A stretch of 64,000 nt of DNA from Candidatus Nealsonbacteria bacterium DGGOD1a. GTDB taxonomy: Bacteria; Patescibacteriota; Minisyncoccia; Minisyncoccales; UBA5738. A program made the position numbers and the translations under genes. Every line of letters begins with the position of its first letter. Position 1 is the stretch's first letter. The notes under the pieces were generated by a model. It was not told the DNA's origin and searched no databases. It saw only the letters and a program-made list of their open reading frames with translations. This document shows, piece after piece, positions 1-9,541 of this stretch. The stretch spans positions 6,222 to 70,221 of the forward strand of contig CP092821.1 of the NCBI GenBank assembly GCA_022530585.1, in the 5' to 3' direction.

Positions 1-70
1 GCGATTACACGGAATCGCCCCGACAAATGCAATGCGAATTACAAATTTAAACTGCGAATAAAATATACGA

Positions 71-110
71 AAAAGCTGTTGAAATTTGATTTCAACAGCT
101 TTTTGTTTTG
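71..110. terminator. Bidirectional intrinsic terminator hairpin downstream of ruvC
   Basis: Perfect 15-bp stem aaaagctgttgaaat / atttcaacagctttt (71-85 / 89-103) with a 3-nt loop. An A-run lies to the left and a T-run (ttttgtttt) to the right. Confidence 0.7.
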
Positions 111-135
111 AGAAATTGAAAATCGCGGTTTGAAT

Positions 136-621
136 TTACAAATTTAAACTGCGGATAAGATATGTCGCCGCAATCGAGAGCGCGTCGGCCGCGTCGTCGG
201 GTTTGGGGATTTCTTCCAGCCGCAAAATTTTTCTGATCTCGCGCTGGACATCTTTTTTGTCGCTTTTTACGAATCCGGTGATGGTCATTTTAACTTCGAT
301 GGGGGTGTAGCGGTAAACCGGCAGGCCCTTTTTGGCCGCGGCGAGCAAAATAACTCCTTGGGCCTGGCAAACCGGCACAATGGTTTTGGCGTTCTTGAAA
401 AAGAAAACATTTTCCATCACCAAAGCCTTGGGTTGGTATTGCGTGATCACCCGGCCCAAATCATTGTGTATCTTTTTCAACCGCTCGGGCAAAATCATAT
501 CCGGCGCGGTATCAATCGTGCCGTATCCCACGCACTTGAGTTTGGACGCGTTGGTTTTAACCGGGCAAACCACCCCAAACCCGGTGGTGGCCAACCCGGG
601 ATCAATTCCTAAAATTATCAT
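136..621 (-). CDS. ruvC: Crossover junction endodeoxyribonuclease RuvC
   Basis: 161 aa. N-terminus MIILGIDPGLATTGFGVV and C-terminal DAADALSIA are classic RuvC catalytic-Asp motifs. Confidence 0.9.
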   Translation of the reverse strand: MIILGIDPGLATTGFGVVCPVKTNASKLKCVGYGTIDTAPDMILPERLKKIHNDLGRVITQYQPKALVMENVFFFKNAKTIVPVCQAQGVILLAAAKKGLPVYRYTPIEVKMTITGFVKSDKKDVQREIRKILRLEEIPKPDDAADALSIAATYLIRSLNL

Positions 622-636
622 AAATTATTGAATTTT

Positions 637-678
637 GGGGGTCGTTCCCCTGCGTAATCGCAGGGGTGCGACCCCTGC
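637..678. repeat. REP-like composite palindrome (GGGGTCGTTCCCCTGCG-taat-CGCAGGGGTGCGACCCC)
   Basis: Imperfect 17+17 nt inverted repeat. The same outer arms recur at 12270-12318 and related copies lie at 36046, 36850 and 40623. Confidence 0.8.
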
Positions 679-1012
679 AAGACCGCATTTGATTATGTTA
701 TCCATTATACGCCCGCGCCGCACGGATAGCCATCTTGACAAATCATTATTATGCTATTTTTGCCCTATGAGGCCTACAGACTCTTTCTCTTTACTTGACC
801 GCGACGAGGACGGGTGGGCTGGTCTATTGTAAGACATGAGATGTATAAGTGCGCCTTATTTTTTTATGCAAATCTTTGAATTTGGGGGATTTTGAGGATG
901 AGAAATCCTTGGGATGGGCAAATTTTGATAGTTTTGGGGGCGGTGGTTGACAAAAAGTATTACTAAATGGTAAGATTTTGATACAAATAGTGATACTTTT
1001 TAATAAAAAAAT

Positions 1013-2194
1013 ATGATTTACCCCAGAAAAATTTATCAAGAGTTGAAAGAACATCTTGCAAAAAAGGAAATCACTGTCTTGACGGGGATGCGGCGCACGG
1101 GAAAAACCACCTTGGTAAAACAGTTGTTAAAAGAAATTGATTCGGAAAATAAAATTTACTTTGACTTGCAGATTCTTGCCAATCAGGATGTTTTTTCGCC
1201 GCGAAACTTTGAGGCAATCGTGGAATCTTTAAAGCGGCGGGGGTTGGATTTTTCCCGCAAAACATATGTTTTTTTGGATGAAATTCAATTGGTGAAAGAA
1301 ATTCCCGGGATTTTAAAATATCTTTATGATAATTATGACATTAAATTCGTGGTTACCGGGTCAAGCTCTTATTATTTGAAAAATCTTTTTACCGAATCGC
1401 TGTCCGGGCGGAAAAAAATTTTTGAAATTTTTCCTTTGGATTTTGGCGAATTTTTGGTTTTCAAAAACATCAAAACCGCGCCGGGCGGCGATTGGCAAAA
1501 CAAAAAATTTGATTCGGCGGAATATAATTGGCTCAAGGCAAGCTATGAGGAATTTGTTGAATATGGCGGCTTTCCGCAAGCGGTTTTGGCGCAGTCAAGC
1601 GACGAAAAAAAAGATTTGCTGAATGAAATTTTAAGCTCTTATGCCAATATTGATGTGGCGGCATTGGCGGATTTTGCCGATCGAAGAAATGTTGCCAACC
1701 TAATCAAAATGCTGGCTGGGCGCGTTGGTACTCGGTTGGATTACGCGAAATTATCAAGATTGAGCGGTTTGGCGCGTCCCGTGATTAAAAATTATCTTGA
1801 TTTGTTTGAGGGCACTTATTTAATTTCAAGAATCCCTGTTTTTACCAACAACAAGGATCGTGAAATTGTTAAAGCGGAAAAACTCTATTTTTGCGACAGC
1901 GGGATGCTGGGGATTTTGGCGGATGTCGGCGGCGGAGCAAAGTTTGAAAACGCGGTTTTCGCGCAATTGCGCGCGCGGGGCGAAGTTAGATATTACGCGT
2001 TAAAAAATGGGCGGGAAATTGATTTTATTTTTGATGAAAAGTATGGGCTTGAGGTCAAAGAAACTCCGATAGAGTCGGATGAAAATAATTTGGCCGAAGT
2101 TGCCAAAACGGCCGGCGTCAAAAATTATCGGTTGATTGGCAAAAATTTGTCTCCCGCTTTTGATAATTATATTTGGGCGGGAACTATCCGCTAA
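1013..2194 (+). CDS. AAA+ ATPase, DUF4143-type (AAA_14 family)
   Basis: 393 aa with Walker A GMRRTGKTT and Walker B VFLDEIQ. Architecture matches the second copy at 28242-29495. Confidence 0.75.
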   Translation: MIYPRKIYQELKEHLAKKEITVLTGMRRTGKTTLVKQLLKEIDSENKIYFDLQILANQDVFSPRNFEAIVESLKRRGLDFSRKTYVFLDEIQLVKEIPGILKYLYDNYDIKFVVTGSSSYYLKNLFTESLSGRKKIFEIFPLDFGEFLVFKNIKTAPGGDWQNKKFDSAEYNWLKASYEEFVEYGGFPQAVLAQSSDEKKDLLNEILSSYANIDVAALADFADRRNVANLIKMLAGRVGTRLDYAKLSRLSGLARPVIKNYLDLFEGTYLISRIPVFTNNKDREIVKAEKLYFCDSGMLGILADVGGGAKFENAVFAQLRARGEVRYYALKNGREIDFIFDEKYGLEVKETPIESDENNLAEVAKTAGVKNYRLIGKNLSPAFDNYIWAGTIR

Positions 2195-2238
2195 CTAACA
2201 TAAAAGCTCCGCTGGCGCGGAGCTTTTATGTTAGTTAG
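2191..2238. terminator. Bidirectional terminator between convergent ATPase and yebC genes
   Basis: Perfect 22-bp hairpin ctaactaacataaaagctccgc-tggc-gcggagcttttatgttagttag. Confidence 0.8.
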
Positions 2239-2271
2239 CAAAGTTTAAGAGTTAAAGTTCAATGTTTATTT

Positions 2272-3006
2272 CTAATCTTTCAAGTTGGAATACACTTCCT
2301 GAACCGAGTCGTTGTCGTTTAACGCATCCATAAAGCGCCGGTTTTGTTCTTTGATTTTTTCGTCGCTTTCGATTTCTTCTTTGGCCAGCCATGCCAGCGA
2401 AAACGATTCAACTTTTATTCCTTTGGCTTCCAGAGCCTTTTTGACCGCTTCGGCGTCGGCCGGGGAAGTGTGGACTTCCAGAATGTTTTCAAACCAATAG
2501 ATATCGTCGGCGCCGGCTTCAATGGCGGCCATTTCCAGATTTTCTTTGTTTCGCAGTTCCGGAGTTTGTTTTTCCGTTTCCACGATCACCAGACCCTTGC
2601 GCTCGAACATCCAGCGGATGGCGCCTTCGCCCACAAGTTTGCCGCCGTTCTGGTTGACGATGGTTTTAACATCGTTGAACGCGCGGTTCTTGTTGTCGGT
2701 GATGCCTTCGATTAAAACCGCCGCATTGCCCGGGCCATAGGCTTCAAAAAGGAAATCGGTGAACACCTGGCCTTCGTCGGCGCCGCTGGCGCGAGCGATG
2801 GCGCGTTCAATATTGTCCTTGGGCATATTGATGCCCTTGGCCATATCCAGGGCCATGCGCAAGCGCGCGTTGGTTTCGGCATTGGGGCCGCCTTCTTTGA
2901 TGGCGACCGTGATCAGCCTCACCATTTTGGAAAACGCGGCGCCGCGTTTTTGGTCGGCGATATTTTTATCGTGGGCGATTGTTTTTGCGTGTGAATGTCC
3001 GGACAT
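2272..3006 (-). CDS. yebC: YebC/PmpR family DNA-binding transcriptional regulator
   Basis: MSGHSHAKTIAHDKNIADQKRGAAFSKMVR is the family N-terminus. I place the start at the internal ATG (3006) rather than the ORF-track start at 3045. Confidence 0.9.
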   Translation of the reverse strand: MSGHSHAKTIAHDKNIADQKRGAAFSKMVRLITVAIKEGGPNAETNARLRMALDMAKGINMPKDNIERAIARASGADEGQVFTDFLFEAYGPGNAAVLIEGITDNKNRAFNDVKTIVNQNGGKLVGEGAIRWMFERKGLVIVETEKQTPELRNKENLEMAAIEAGADDIYWFENILEVHTSPADAEAVKKALEAKGIKVESFSLAWLAKEEIESDEKIKEQNRRFMDALNDNDSVQEVYSNLKD

Positions 3007-3234
3007 CTTGATGAAATTTTCAATTTTCAATTTTTTGATTTTCAAACGAAAATCCGAAATTGGAAATTAAATAAAATAATTATTGTATTAGTTAATATGG
3101 GAGCGGCAATTTTCACAAAAAAATCATCACAAAATCATTATTTTGTGCTCATAAACACGATATTACATTAAGAAAGCGGATTAGTCAACCCGGGCAGTTT
3201 TCCGCGGCAATGGGACAGGCGCTTGGCGAGGGTA

Positions 3235-3263
3235 TTGACAAAAAAAACAGAATATACTATAAT
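3235..3263 (+). promoter_or_regulatory. Consensus sigma70-type promoter (TTGACA-17 nt-TATAAT)
   Basis: TTGACA at 3235-3240, a 17-nt spacer and TATAAT at 3258-3263. It points away from both flanking genes, which are on the minus strand. Confidence 0.65.
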
Positions 3264-3269
3264 ACGAAG

Positions 3270-3437
3270 GTAATACAAAATTTGCCGTCGCCAACGCTAT
3301 GGCAAGGCAAAGAATCCCGAAATTGGGAGTCTGGAGTTTTTTACGATGGGTAATCTGGCTGCGGCTGGGCTATACCTCGGGGAATTCCAAAAATTGGGCG
3401 CAGAACCAATTTGACTCCCGATTTCGGGATTTTTTTA
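3270..3437 (+). ncRNA. Candidate small RNA or micropeptide transcript (orphan promoter-to-terminator unit)
   Basis: A 19-bp long-range stem (3313-3331 pairs with 3413-3431, one G-U position) is followed by a T7 run. An inner hairpin aaattgg/ccaattt sits at 3391-3412. It encloses a 22-codon ORF (3346-3414, MGNLAAAGLYLGEFQKLGAEPI) with GGAG 9 nt upstream. Confidence 0.35.
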
Positions 3438-3600
3438 ATTAAAATTTAAAAATCAAAATTAAGGATATTGCTTTGAATTACGAAACAATTAAATTCAAAT
3501 GCAAAGCGTTTCGTAATTCAAAGGATATTGTATATCGTTAAAATTTAGCTTTGCCGAATTTTAACTCCAAAATTTTCCATTTTGATATTTTAATTTTGCA
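3437..3600. repeat. AT-rich inverted-repeat intergenic element (family B)
   Basis: Ends are aaaaatcaaaattaagga ... ccattttgatatttt. A perfect 16-bp palindrome ctttgaattacgaaac/gtttcgtaattcaaag lies at 3471-3486/3508-3523. The motif caaagcgtttcgtaattcaa recurs inverted at 40601-40625. Confidence 0.5.
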
Positions 3601-4929
3601 TTATTTTTCGGCAACCCTTTTCACTTCGTCCAAGGTGGTGGTTCCTTGCACCACTTTGATCAGGCCGTCCTGATACATGGTCAGCATGCCTTTTTTTGTC
3701 GCCATTTCTTTTAAGCCGGGGATTGTGGGCGTTCCCAAAATGTAGTTTTGGATTTCATCGTCGATGATAAACGCTTCGTAAATGCCCATTCGGCCGCGAT
3801 AGCCGGTATTGCCGCAATGGGCGCAACCTTTCGCGCGCGGGATTTTCAAATTTGCGTCGATTAAGGGCATGGCCACTCCTTTTCGCGCCAATGCCGGCGC
3901 GGCATTGGCCAGCAGTTCGTTCAGTTCGGCCAGTTCTTCGGCCGTGGGCGTTTCCATCACGCCGCATTTTTCGCAAACATGGCGCACGAGCCGCTGGGCA
4001 ATGGCCATATTCAGCGCCGGGCCGATATTGAACGGTTTGGCGCCCAAGCTGATCAAGCGCGGAATCGTGCCGGCCGCGTCGTTGGTGTGCAAAGTGGAAA
4101 ATACCAAATGGCCGGTGAGAGCGGCTTGCAAAGCGATGTCGGCGGTTTCCAAATCGCGGATTTCGCCCACGAGAATCGCGTCCGGATCCTGGCGCACGAT
4201 CGCCCGCAGTCCGGAAATAAAGTCATAGCCCTTGTCGGGTTCGACCTGCGTCTGGGAAATTCCTTCCAGATGGTATTCGATCGGATCTTCGATCGTGACG
4301 ATTTTTATTTCCGGGTTTTGGATTTTTTTCAGAAAACCGTAAAGCGTGGTGGTTTTGCCCGATCCGGTGGGGCCGGTGACAATGACCATGCCGTTGGGGC
4401 GGGCGATTTGCTGTAAAAAAGTGTCGTAAAGGTCTTTGCGCAGACCGGCTTGTTCCAAACTGATCAGGCTTTTGGGATTTAAAATTCTCATTACGATCGA
4501 ATCGCCGTATTCGGTGGGCAATATCGAGGCTCTGATTTCCACCGAGTCGGCGCCGGCGAGAATCGAAAAACGGCCGTCTTGCGGCTTGTGGCTGATATTG
4601 AGCTTCATTTCCGAAAGCAATTTGATGCGGGAAACCAGGTTGTTGTAGGTTTTTTTATCAAACGACATCACATCCTGCAATACGCCGTCAAGGCGCACGC
4701 GCAATTTGGCGTCGCTTTCCTGGCCCTCAATGTGGATATCGGACGCGTCCAGCACGATGCCGCCGGCCAGGATCAATTCAATAATTTGAGTTACGGTTCC
4801 GGCCGCGTCGGCGATCCGTTTTTCAATTTCGGCGCGGAAAGGCGCCAAGCCGGTGAGGTTTTGTTTCAACGAATCGGTAAGTTCCTGGGGTATGGCGATT
4901 TTCTGGGTGATTTTTTGGGATACTTGCAT
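3601..4929 (-). CDS. pilB: Type IV pilus / type II secretion assembly ATPase (GspE/PilB family)
   Basis: 442 aa with Walker A GPTGSGKTTT, the Asp box and VGEIRD, and a C-terminal CxxC...CxxC cluster (CEKCG...CAHCG). Confidence 0.9.
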   Translation of the reverse strand: MQVSQKITQKIAIPQELTDSLKQNLTGLAPFRAEIEKRIADAAGTVTQIIELILAGGIVLDASDIHIEGQESDAKLRVRLDGVLQDVMSFDKKTYNNLVSRIKLLSEMKLNISHKPQDGRFSILAGADSVEIRASILPTEYGDSIVMRILNPKSLISLEQAGLRKDLYDTFLQQIARPNGMVIVTGPTGSGKTTTLYGFLKKIQNPEIKIVTIEDPIEYHLEGISQTQVEPDKGYDFISGLRAIVRQDPDAILVGEIRDLETADIALQAALTGHLVFSTLHTNDAAGTIPRLISLGAKPFNIGPALNMAIAQRLVRHVCEKCGVMETPTAEELAELNELLANAAPALARKGVAMPLIDANLKIPRAKGCAHCGNTGYRGRMGIYEAFIIDDEIQNYILGTPTIPGLKEMATKKGMLTMYQDGLIKVVQGTTTLDEVKRVAEK

Positions 4930-5018
4930 AATCGTGCGAAAATATTAAATAGAATATGTAGAATACGGAAAGCGGATTTCTTTAAATTATCGCAGTATCA
5001 ACTAAAAGTCAATTTCAA

Positions 5019-5480
5019 ATGAAGAGTAAAAACATAAGCTGTATCACCGAATCGGTCGAGCGGACAAGAAGGCTGGGATCGTTGCTGGCAAAAGCGATAT
5101 TGGCAACCACCGCCGGCAAATCCGCGCGCGTTTTGGCGTTGAGCGGCGATTTGGGCGCGGGCAAAACGCATTTCGCGCAGGGGTTCGCCTCCGGGCTGGG
5201 AATCAAAGGAACGATCGGCAGTCCCACATTCGCGATCATGAAAAAATATCCGCTGGAAAACCAAGGCGATTTTAAAACTTTTTACCATATTGATTGTTAC
5301 CGGCTTGAATCGGGCGATGATTTGCGCCTGTTGGGGATTGAAAATATTTTGAGCGGCCCGGACAACATCGTTGCCGTTGAATGGCCCCGGATCGCGCAAG
5401 CCATTTTGCCCAAAGGCATTTTGAAAATAACTTTTGAAGTTGTTTCTGAAAATAAACGCCGGATTGAATTTGACGGCTAA
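5019..5480 (+). CDS. tsaE: tRNA t6A37 biosynthesis ATPase TsaE
   Basis: 153 aa with LSGDLGAGKTHFAQG, SPTFAIM and HIDCYRL motifs. Confidence 0.85.
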   Translation: MKSKNISCITESVERTRRLGSLLAKAILATTAGKSARVLALSGDLGAGKTHFAQGFASGLGIKGTIGSPTFAIMKKYPLENQGDFKTFYHIDCYRLESGDDLRLLGIENILSGPDNIVAVEWPRIAQAILPKGILKITFEVVSENKRRIEFDG

Positions 5481-5595
5481 CATTTTTCAGAAGGTTCCCT
5501 TGGGGGATGATATTTTCGCGGGAGGGCCGGCTGGCAAGGTTGCGGCGTCGGGGGTATAATTGAAGTGGAAAAGTTGGGGAATAATTGGGGGAAAT

Positions 5596-6537
5596 ATGTT
5601 GAAAAACAAAACATTTGTGGTTATTGACGGAAATTCCGTGGCGCATCGGGCGTTTCACGCGATGCCCGAACTCACCAATGGAAACGGCGATCCGGTGGCC
5701 GCGGTGCATGGATTTATGCTGGCGCTTTTCCGGGCCGCGGAAGATTTCCGCCCGGATTATTTGGCGGTATGTTTTGACACCAAAGGCGGGTCGTTTCGCA
5801 ACAAGGAATTTTCGGCCTACAAGGCGCAAAGACCGGCGACGGCGCCGGATTTGATCCCGCAATTAAAAACCATACAAAAACTTTTGCCGGAATTGGGATG
5901 CGCGGTTTTCGCGCTTGAGGGGTTTGAGGCCGATGATTTGATCGCGTCGGCGATCGCCGCCGCGCGCCGGGAATCGGCGGCCGCGCCGGTTGATTTTTTT
6001 GTTTTGACCGGCGATTACGACAGTCTGCAATTGGTCGGCGGGAGCGTCAAAGCGTTTATCATCAATCGCGGCATTAAAAACGCCGTGCTTTACGATGCCG
6101 CGAAGGTGAAAGAGGCGTTTGGCGTTATGCCTTGCCAAATCCCCGCGTTCAAGGCGCTGGCCGGCGACAGCTCCGATAACATTCCCGGCGCGCCCGGGAT
6201 CGGGCCGAAAGCGGCGGTTGAAATTTTGGAAAAATGCGGCAGTTTGGAGAATTTTTACGCGGCGGCTGAAAAAAACGATGCCGGTTTTTGTTTGGGGAAA
6301 GGATCGCGATTCGAGAAAATGAAAAACATTCTTTTGGAAAACAAAGAAAAAATAATTAATTTCCAAAGATTGACGACAATGCGCGCCGACGCGCCGCTGG
6401 GCGCGGTTTTGGCAAAATGCGAGTTCGGGAATTTTAGCGGCGAACGGTGCGCGGCGGCGCTGTTGGAATTGGGTCTGGCGGGTTTGGCCAAGCGCTTGCC
6501 CGGCGCGTTGACCAGCCGCAACGGAACATTGTTCTGA
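5596..6537 (+). CDS. Stand-alone 5'-3' exonuclease (PolI N-terminal / FEN-like)
   Basis: VIDGNSVAHRAFHA, YKAQR, EADDLIAS and LAGDSSDNIPGAPGIGPK (H3TH) motifs. Start moved to ATG 5596. Confidence 0.85.
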   Translation: MLKNKTFVVIDGNSVAHRAFHAMPELTNGNGDPVAAVHGFMLALFRAAEDFRPDYLAVCFDTKGGSFRNKEFSAYKAQRPATAPDLIPQLKTIQKLLPELGCAVFALEGFEADDLIASAIAAARRESAAAPVDFFVLTGDYDSLQLVGGSVKAFIINRGIKNAVLYDAAKVKEAFGVMPCQIPAFKALAGDSSDNIPGAPGIGPKAAVEILEKCGSLENFYAAAEKNDAGFCLGKGSRFEKMKNILLENKEKIINFQRLTTMRADAPLGAVLAKCEFGNFSGERCAAALLELGLAGLAKRLPGALTSRNGTLF

Positions 6538-6585
6538 AGCATCGAAAAAGTTTTTGTGTTATCATTAATGATAGGCAGGGATATG

Positions 6586-6778
6586 AATTTAAAATGTAAA
6601 AATCAAAATGAAAAATGATCCTTCGGCATTCTCAGGATCATCCTGAGTTCGGCGAATGGATGACAATGTAAAATTGCAAAATGTCGCAATACCAACATTC
6701 TAACATTTTTCCGCCAAAGGACGGATGCGCCTATGGTGCAGATTGTTATTTTGATCTTTGATTTTTACATTTTACATT
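6586..6778. repeat. MITE-like AT-rich element with terminal inverted repeats (family B)
   Basis: Left end aatttaaaatgtaaaaatcaaaatgaaaaatga; right end ttattttgatctttgatttttacattttacatt. Near-identical ends occur at 54788-54912. Confidence 0.55.
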
Positions 6779-6785
6779 ATTCAAG

Positions 6786-8018
6786 ATGGTTTTTTTCGGC
6801 ACAATCAATTATGCCGCGATGATCGCCAAATTGTTGCTTTTCTTGATCAACGCGGTGGGGGCGGAGTTGATGCTTTGGGCGTATGTTTCCAATCGCCATG
6901 CCCGGCCCGGCCGGTATTTTTTGCTGGGCGCGTTTTTTGTGCTTTTGTGGGTTGATTTGGATTCGGCCGGTATTTTGGCGCCGGTTTTTTTCTCTGAACG
7001 CCTGGCCGGTCCGGCCGCGGCGTGGGCGTTGAGAGGCGTTTACGCGCTATTGGCGGTTTTTTTCGCCGGGTTCTGCCTTTATTCCATGAATTTTCCGGAA
7101 AAGAACGCGCTGGATAAAAGCCGATGCGTTCGGGAAAATATCTTGATCGCGGTTTGGACATTTTTTTTCGTGATATCCTTCACTCCGCTTGTGGTTGCCG
7201 GCGTTGGATTCGATCCGTCTATGCCGCTGGCGGTTTGGGTCAAGGTCGGTCCGCTGTTCTGGGCGTATGCCATCGCCGCCGCCGCCGCGTTGGCGTTCTC
7301 GTTTTCCGAGCTTTCGCGCAACCGCCGTTTTGCCGATTCGCAAAACCGCCAAAAAGCGCGCTTGGCGGCGCTGGGCGCTGGCGGTTTCGGCATTTTTAAT
7401 TTGCTGTTCAATGTGATCGGGCCGTATTTTTCCGGCGGTTTCGAGTACGCGGGATTTTTTTCGCTTTTCGCGGATTACGCGGTCGTGATTCTTTTGGGGT
7501 ATCTCGCTTATCAAGCCGTACGCGAAAAATTGTTCGGGATAAAAGTTATTTTAGTGGAAATTTTTGTGGGTCTGATGGGCGTCAGTTTGGTGATAATGCC
7601 GTTTTTTGTGGGTCTTTTGTGGCAGCAGGCCTTGCTGGTGGTGCTTTCCATCTTGTTTTGCGTTTTTGGTTATTTGTCCGTGAAGAGTACGATCAAGGAA
7701 TACCGGGAAAAAGAGATTCTTGAACAAAAGGTATCCGAGAGGACGAAGGAGCTTGAGCTGGCCAAAATCGAACTTGAGGAAGCCAATTCGGTTTTGGAAG
7801 TGCGCGTCAAGGCGCGGACGATGGAATTGGAAAAACTGAACCGGACATTGGAAGAAAAAGTGGCCGGACGAACCAATGATTTGGAAGCCAAGATCAAAGC
7901 GCTTGAAGCGTTTCAGCGAATTACTGTCAGCCGCGAACTTAAGATGATAGAATTAAAAAAGGAAATCGAAAATTTGCGCCGGGCGGCGGAGGAAAATCAA
8001 GCCGCCGAACAAAAATGA
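6786..8018 (+). CDS. Polytopic membrane protein with C-terminal coiled coil (putative sensor module of the adjacent kinase)
   Basis: About 8 hydrophobic segments, then a coiled coil with LEEANSVLEVRVKARTMELEKL. The stop overlaps the next start (ATGA). Confidence 0.6.
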   Translation: MVFFGTINYAAMIAKLLLFLINAVGAELMLWAYVSNRHARPGRYFLLGAFFVLLWVDLDSAGILAPVFFSERLAGPAAAWALRGVYALLAVFFAGFCLYSMNFPEKNALDKSRCVRENILIAVWTFFFVISFTPLVVAGVGFDPSMPLAVWVKVGPLFWAYAIAAAAALAFSFSELSRNRRFADSQNRQKARLAALGAGGFGIFNLLFNVIGPYFSGGFEYAGFFSLFADYAVVILLGYLAYQAVREKLFGIKVILVEIFVGLMGVSLVIMPFFVGLLWQQALLVVLSILFCVFGYLSVKSTIKEYREKEILEQKVSERTKELELAKIELEEANSVLEVRVKARTMELEKLNRTLEEKVAGRTNDLEAKIKALEAFQRITVSRELKMIELKKEIENLRRAAEENQAAEQK

Positions 8019-9472
8019 CTCAATCGATCGACAATAAACAAGGGAATTCATCCGGGGCGGTTCCGGTGGAGCGCGCGCTGAAAGACAACCTTACGGCCGA
8101 GCTGGGAAGCTTGAGCGAAAAACTTTCTTCGCGCGACGACGACCTTGTCCGCCTTCAGGGAGAGCGGGATTTTGAAATCCGCGAATTAAACGAAGTCAAG
8201 GCGCAGTTGGAGGAGGCCAAAAGCATTTTGGAAATCAGAGTGGGCGCCAAAACCAGGGAATTGCGCGAACTTACCGAGAACCTTGAAAAGCAAATTAAAG
8301 AACGGACGCGCGAATTGCAGGAAAAAGTGGAAGAATCGGAGCACTCGCGGGTGGCGTTGATGAATATGCTTGAGGATATGGAAGATTTGCGGCGGCGCGC
8401 CGAGGAAGAAAAAGAAAAAACTTTGGCCATCATCACCAATTTCGTCGATGGATTGCTGTTCTTTGACGCCGCGGATCGTTTGGCGCTGGTCAATCCGCAA
8501 ATAGAGACCTACTTTGGCGTGGCCAAGGAAGACATCCGGCGGGCGATCGGCAAAAAAATTGCCGATTTGCAACTGATCGCCGGATTCAAGCCATTCACCG
8601 ATTTGGTGGGCCAGACGCTGAAAAAAATATCCCGGAAAGAGCTTCTTTTGAGTGAAAAAATGGTGCTTGAAATAAGCTGTTTGGAGGTGGGCCGCCAGTT
8701 TGGCAAGATCGGCACATTGGTGATTATCCACGACATCAGCCGCGAGAAAACCGTGGAAAGAATGAAAACCGAATTTGTTTCGATCGCCGCCCACCAGTTG
8801 CGCACTCCGATATCGGCGATCAAGTGGACATTAAGAATGATTTTGGACGGCGATCTCGGCCCGATCACCGAGGAGCAGCGGGATTTTCTGGACAAGACTT
8901 ACCAATCCAACGAAAGAATGATCAATTTGATCAATGACTTGCTTAATGTCACCCGGATCGAAGAGGGCCGGCATTTATATAATTTGACGCTGGTGAATTT
9001 CGAAGATATCGCCGCGACAATCGCCGCGACTTATACCGAACTGCTGCGGCAGAAAAATCTCAAACTGCAATTCTTGAAATCGGCGCAAAAATTGCCGCAG
9101 GTGAAAATTGATGTCGAGAAAATGAGGCTGGTGGTTTCCAATCTCATTGAAAATTCCATAAAATACACGCCGTCCGGCGGGTCGATTTTCTTGGAGACCG
9201 CGCGCGAAGGCGAAAGCGTTAAAGTTTTGGTGCGGGATACGGGTATGGGCATATTGAAAGACCAGCAGGAAAGGATATTCACCAAATATTTCCGCGGTTC
9301 AAACGCGATAAGAATGGAAACCGAAGGCACCGGCCTAGGGCTGTTTATCGCCAAAAATATCGTGGAAACGCACGGAGGCAAGATATGGTTTTCTTCCGAA
9401 GAAGGGAAGGGAACGACATTTTTTTTCACTTTGCCGATTGCCGGCAATCCGGCGGCGCCGTCCGGAGGATAG
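8015..9472 (+). CDS. Cytoplasmic histidine kinase (coiled coil-PAS-like-HisKA-HATPase_c)
   Basis: H-box FVSIAAHQLRTPISAI, N box SNLIENSIKYTP and G boxes RDTGMGI/GTGLGL. The N-terminal coiled coil repeats the motif LEEAKSILEIRVGAKTRELRELT. Confidence 0.85.
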   Translation: MTQSIDNKQGNSSGAVPVERALKDNLTAELGSLSEKLSSRDDDLVRLQGERDFEIRELNEVKAQLEEAKSILEIRVGAKTRELRELTENLEKQIKERTRELQEKVEESEHSRVALMNMLEDMEDLRRRAEEEKEKTLAIITNFVDGLLFFDAADRLALVNPQIETYFGVAKEDIRRAIGKKIADLQLIAGFKPFTDLVGQTLKKISRKELLLSEKMVLEISCLEVGRQFGKIGTLVIIHDISREKTVERMKTEFVSIAAHQLRTPISAIKWTLRMILDGDLGPITEEQRDFLDKTYQSNERMINLINDLLNVTRIEEGRHLYNLTLVNFEDIAATIAATYTELLRQKNLKLQFLKSAQKLPQVKIDVEKMRLVVSNLIENSIKYTPSGGSIFLETAREGESVKVLVRDTGMGILKDQQERIFTKYFRGSNAIRMETEGTGLGLFIAKNIVETHGGKIWFSSEEGKGTTFFFTLPIAGNPAAPSGG

Positions 9473-9541
9473 GCGAAGCCTTGTGCCTTTTTGACGAAGA
9501 GGTTACAATGGTATAAAGAAGCCAAAGAATTTAAAAGCGCG

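Noticed and set aside
8012-8021. Junction of the membrane-sensor and kinase ORFs as a frameshift pseudogene or TGA-recoded (code 25) read-through.
   Set aside because: The frames differ and the junction is a standard ATGA stop/start overlap. TGA terminates several well-defined genes in the window (the 5'-3' exonuclease and the DGR avd gene, for example), and long ORFs are intact under the standard code.
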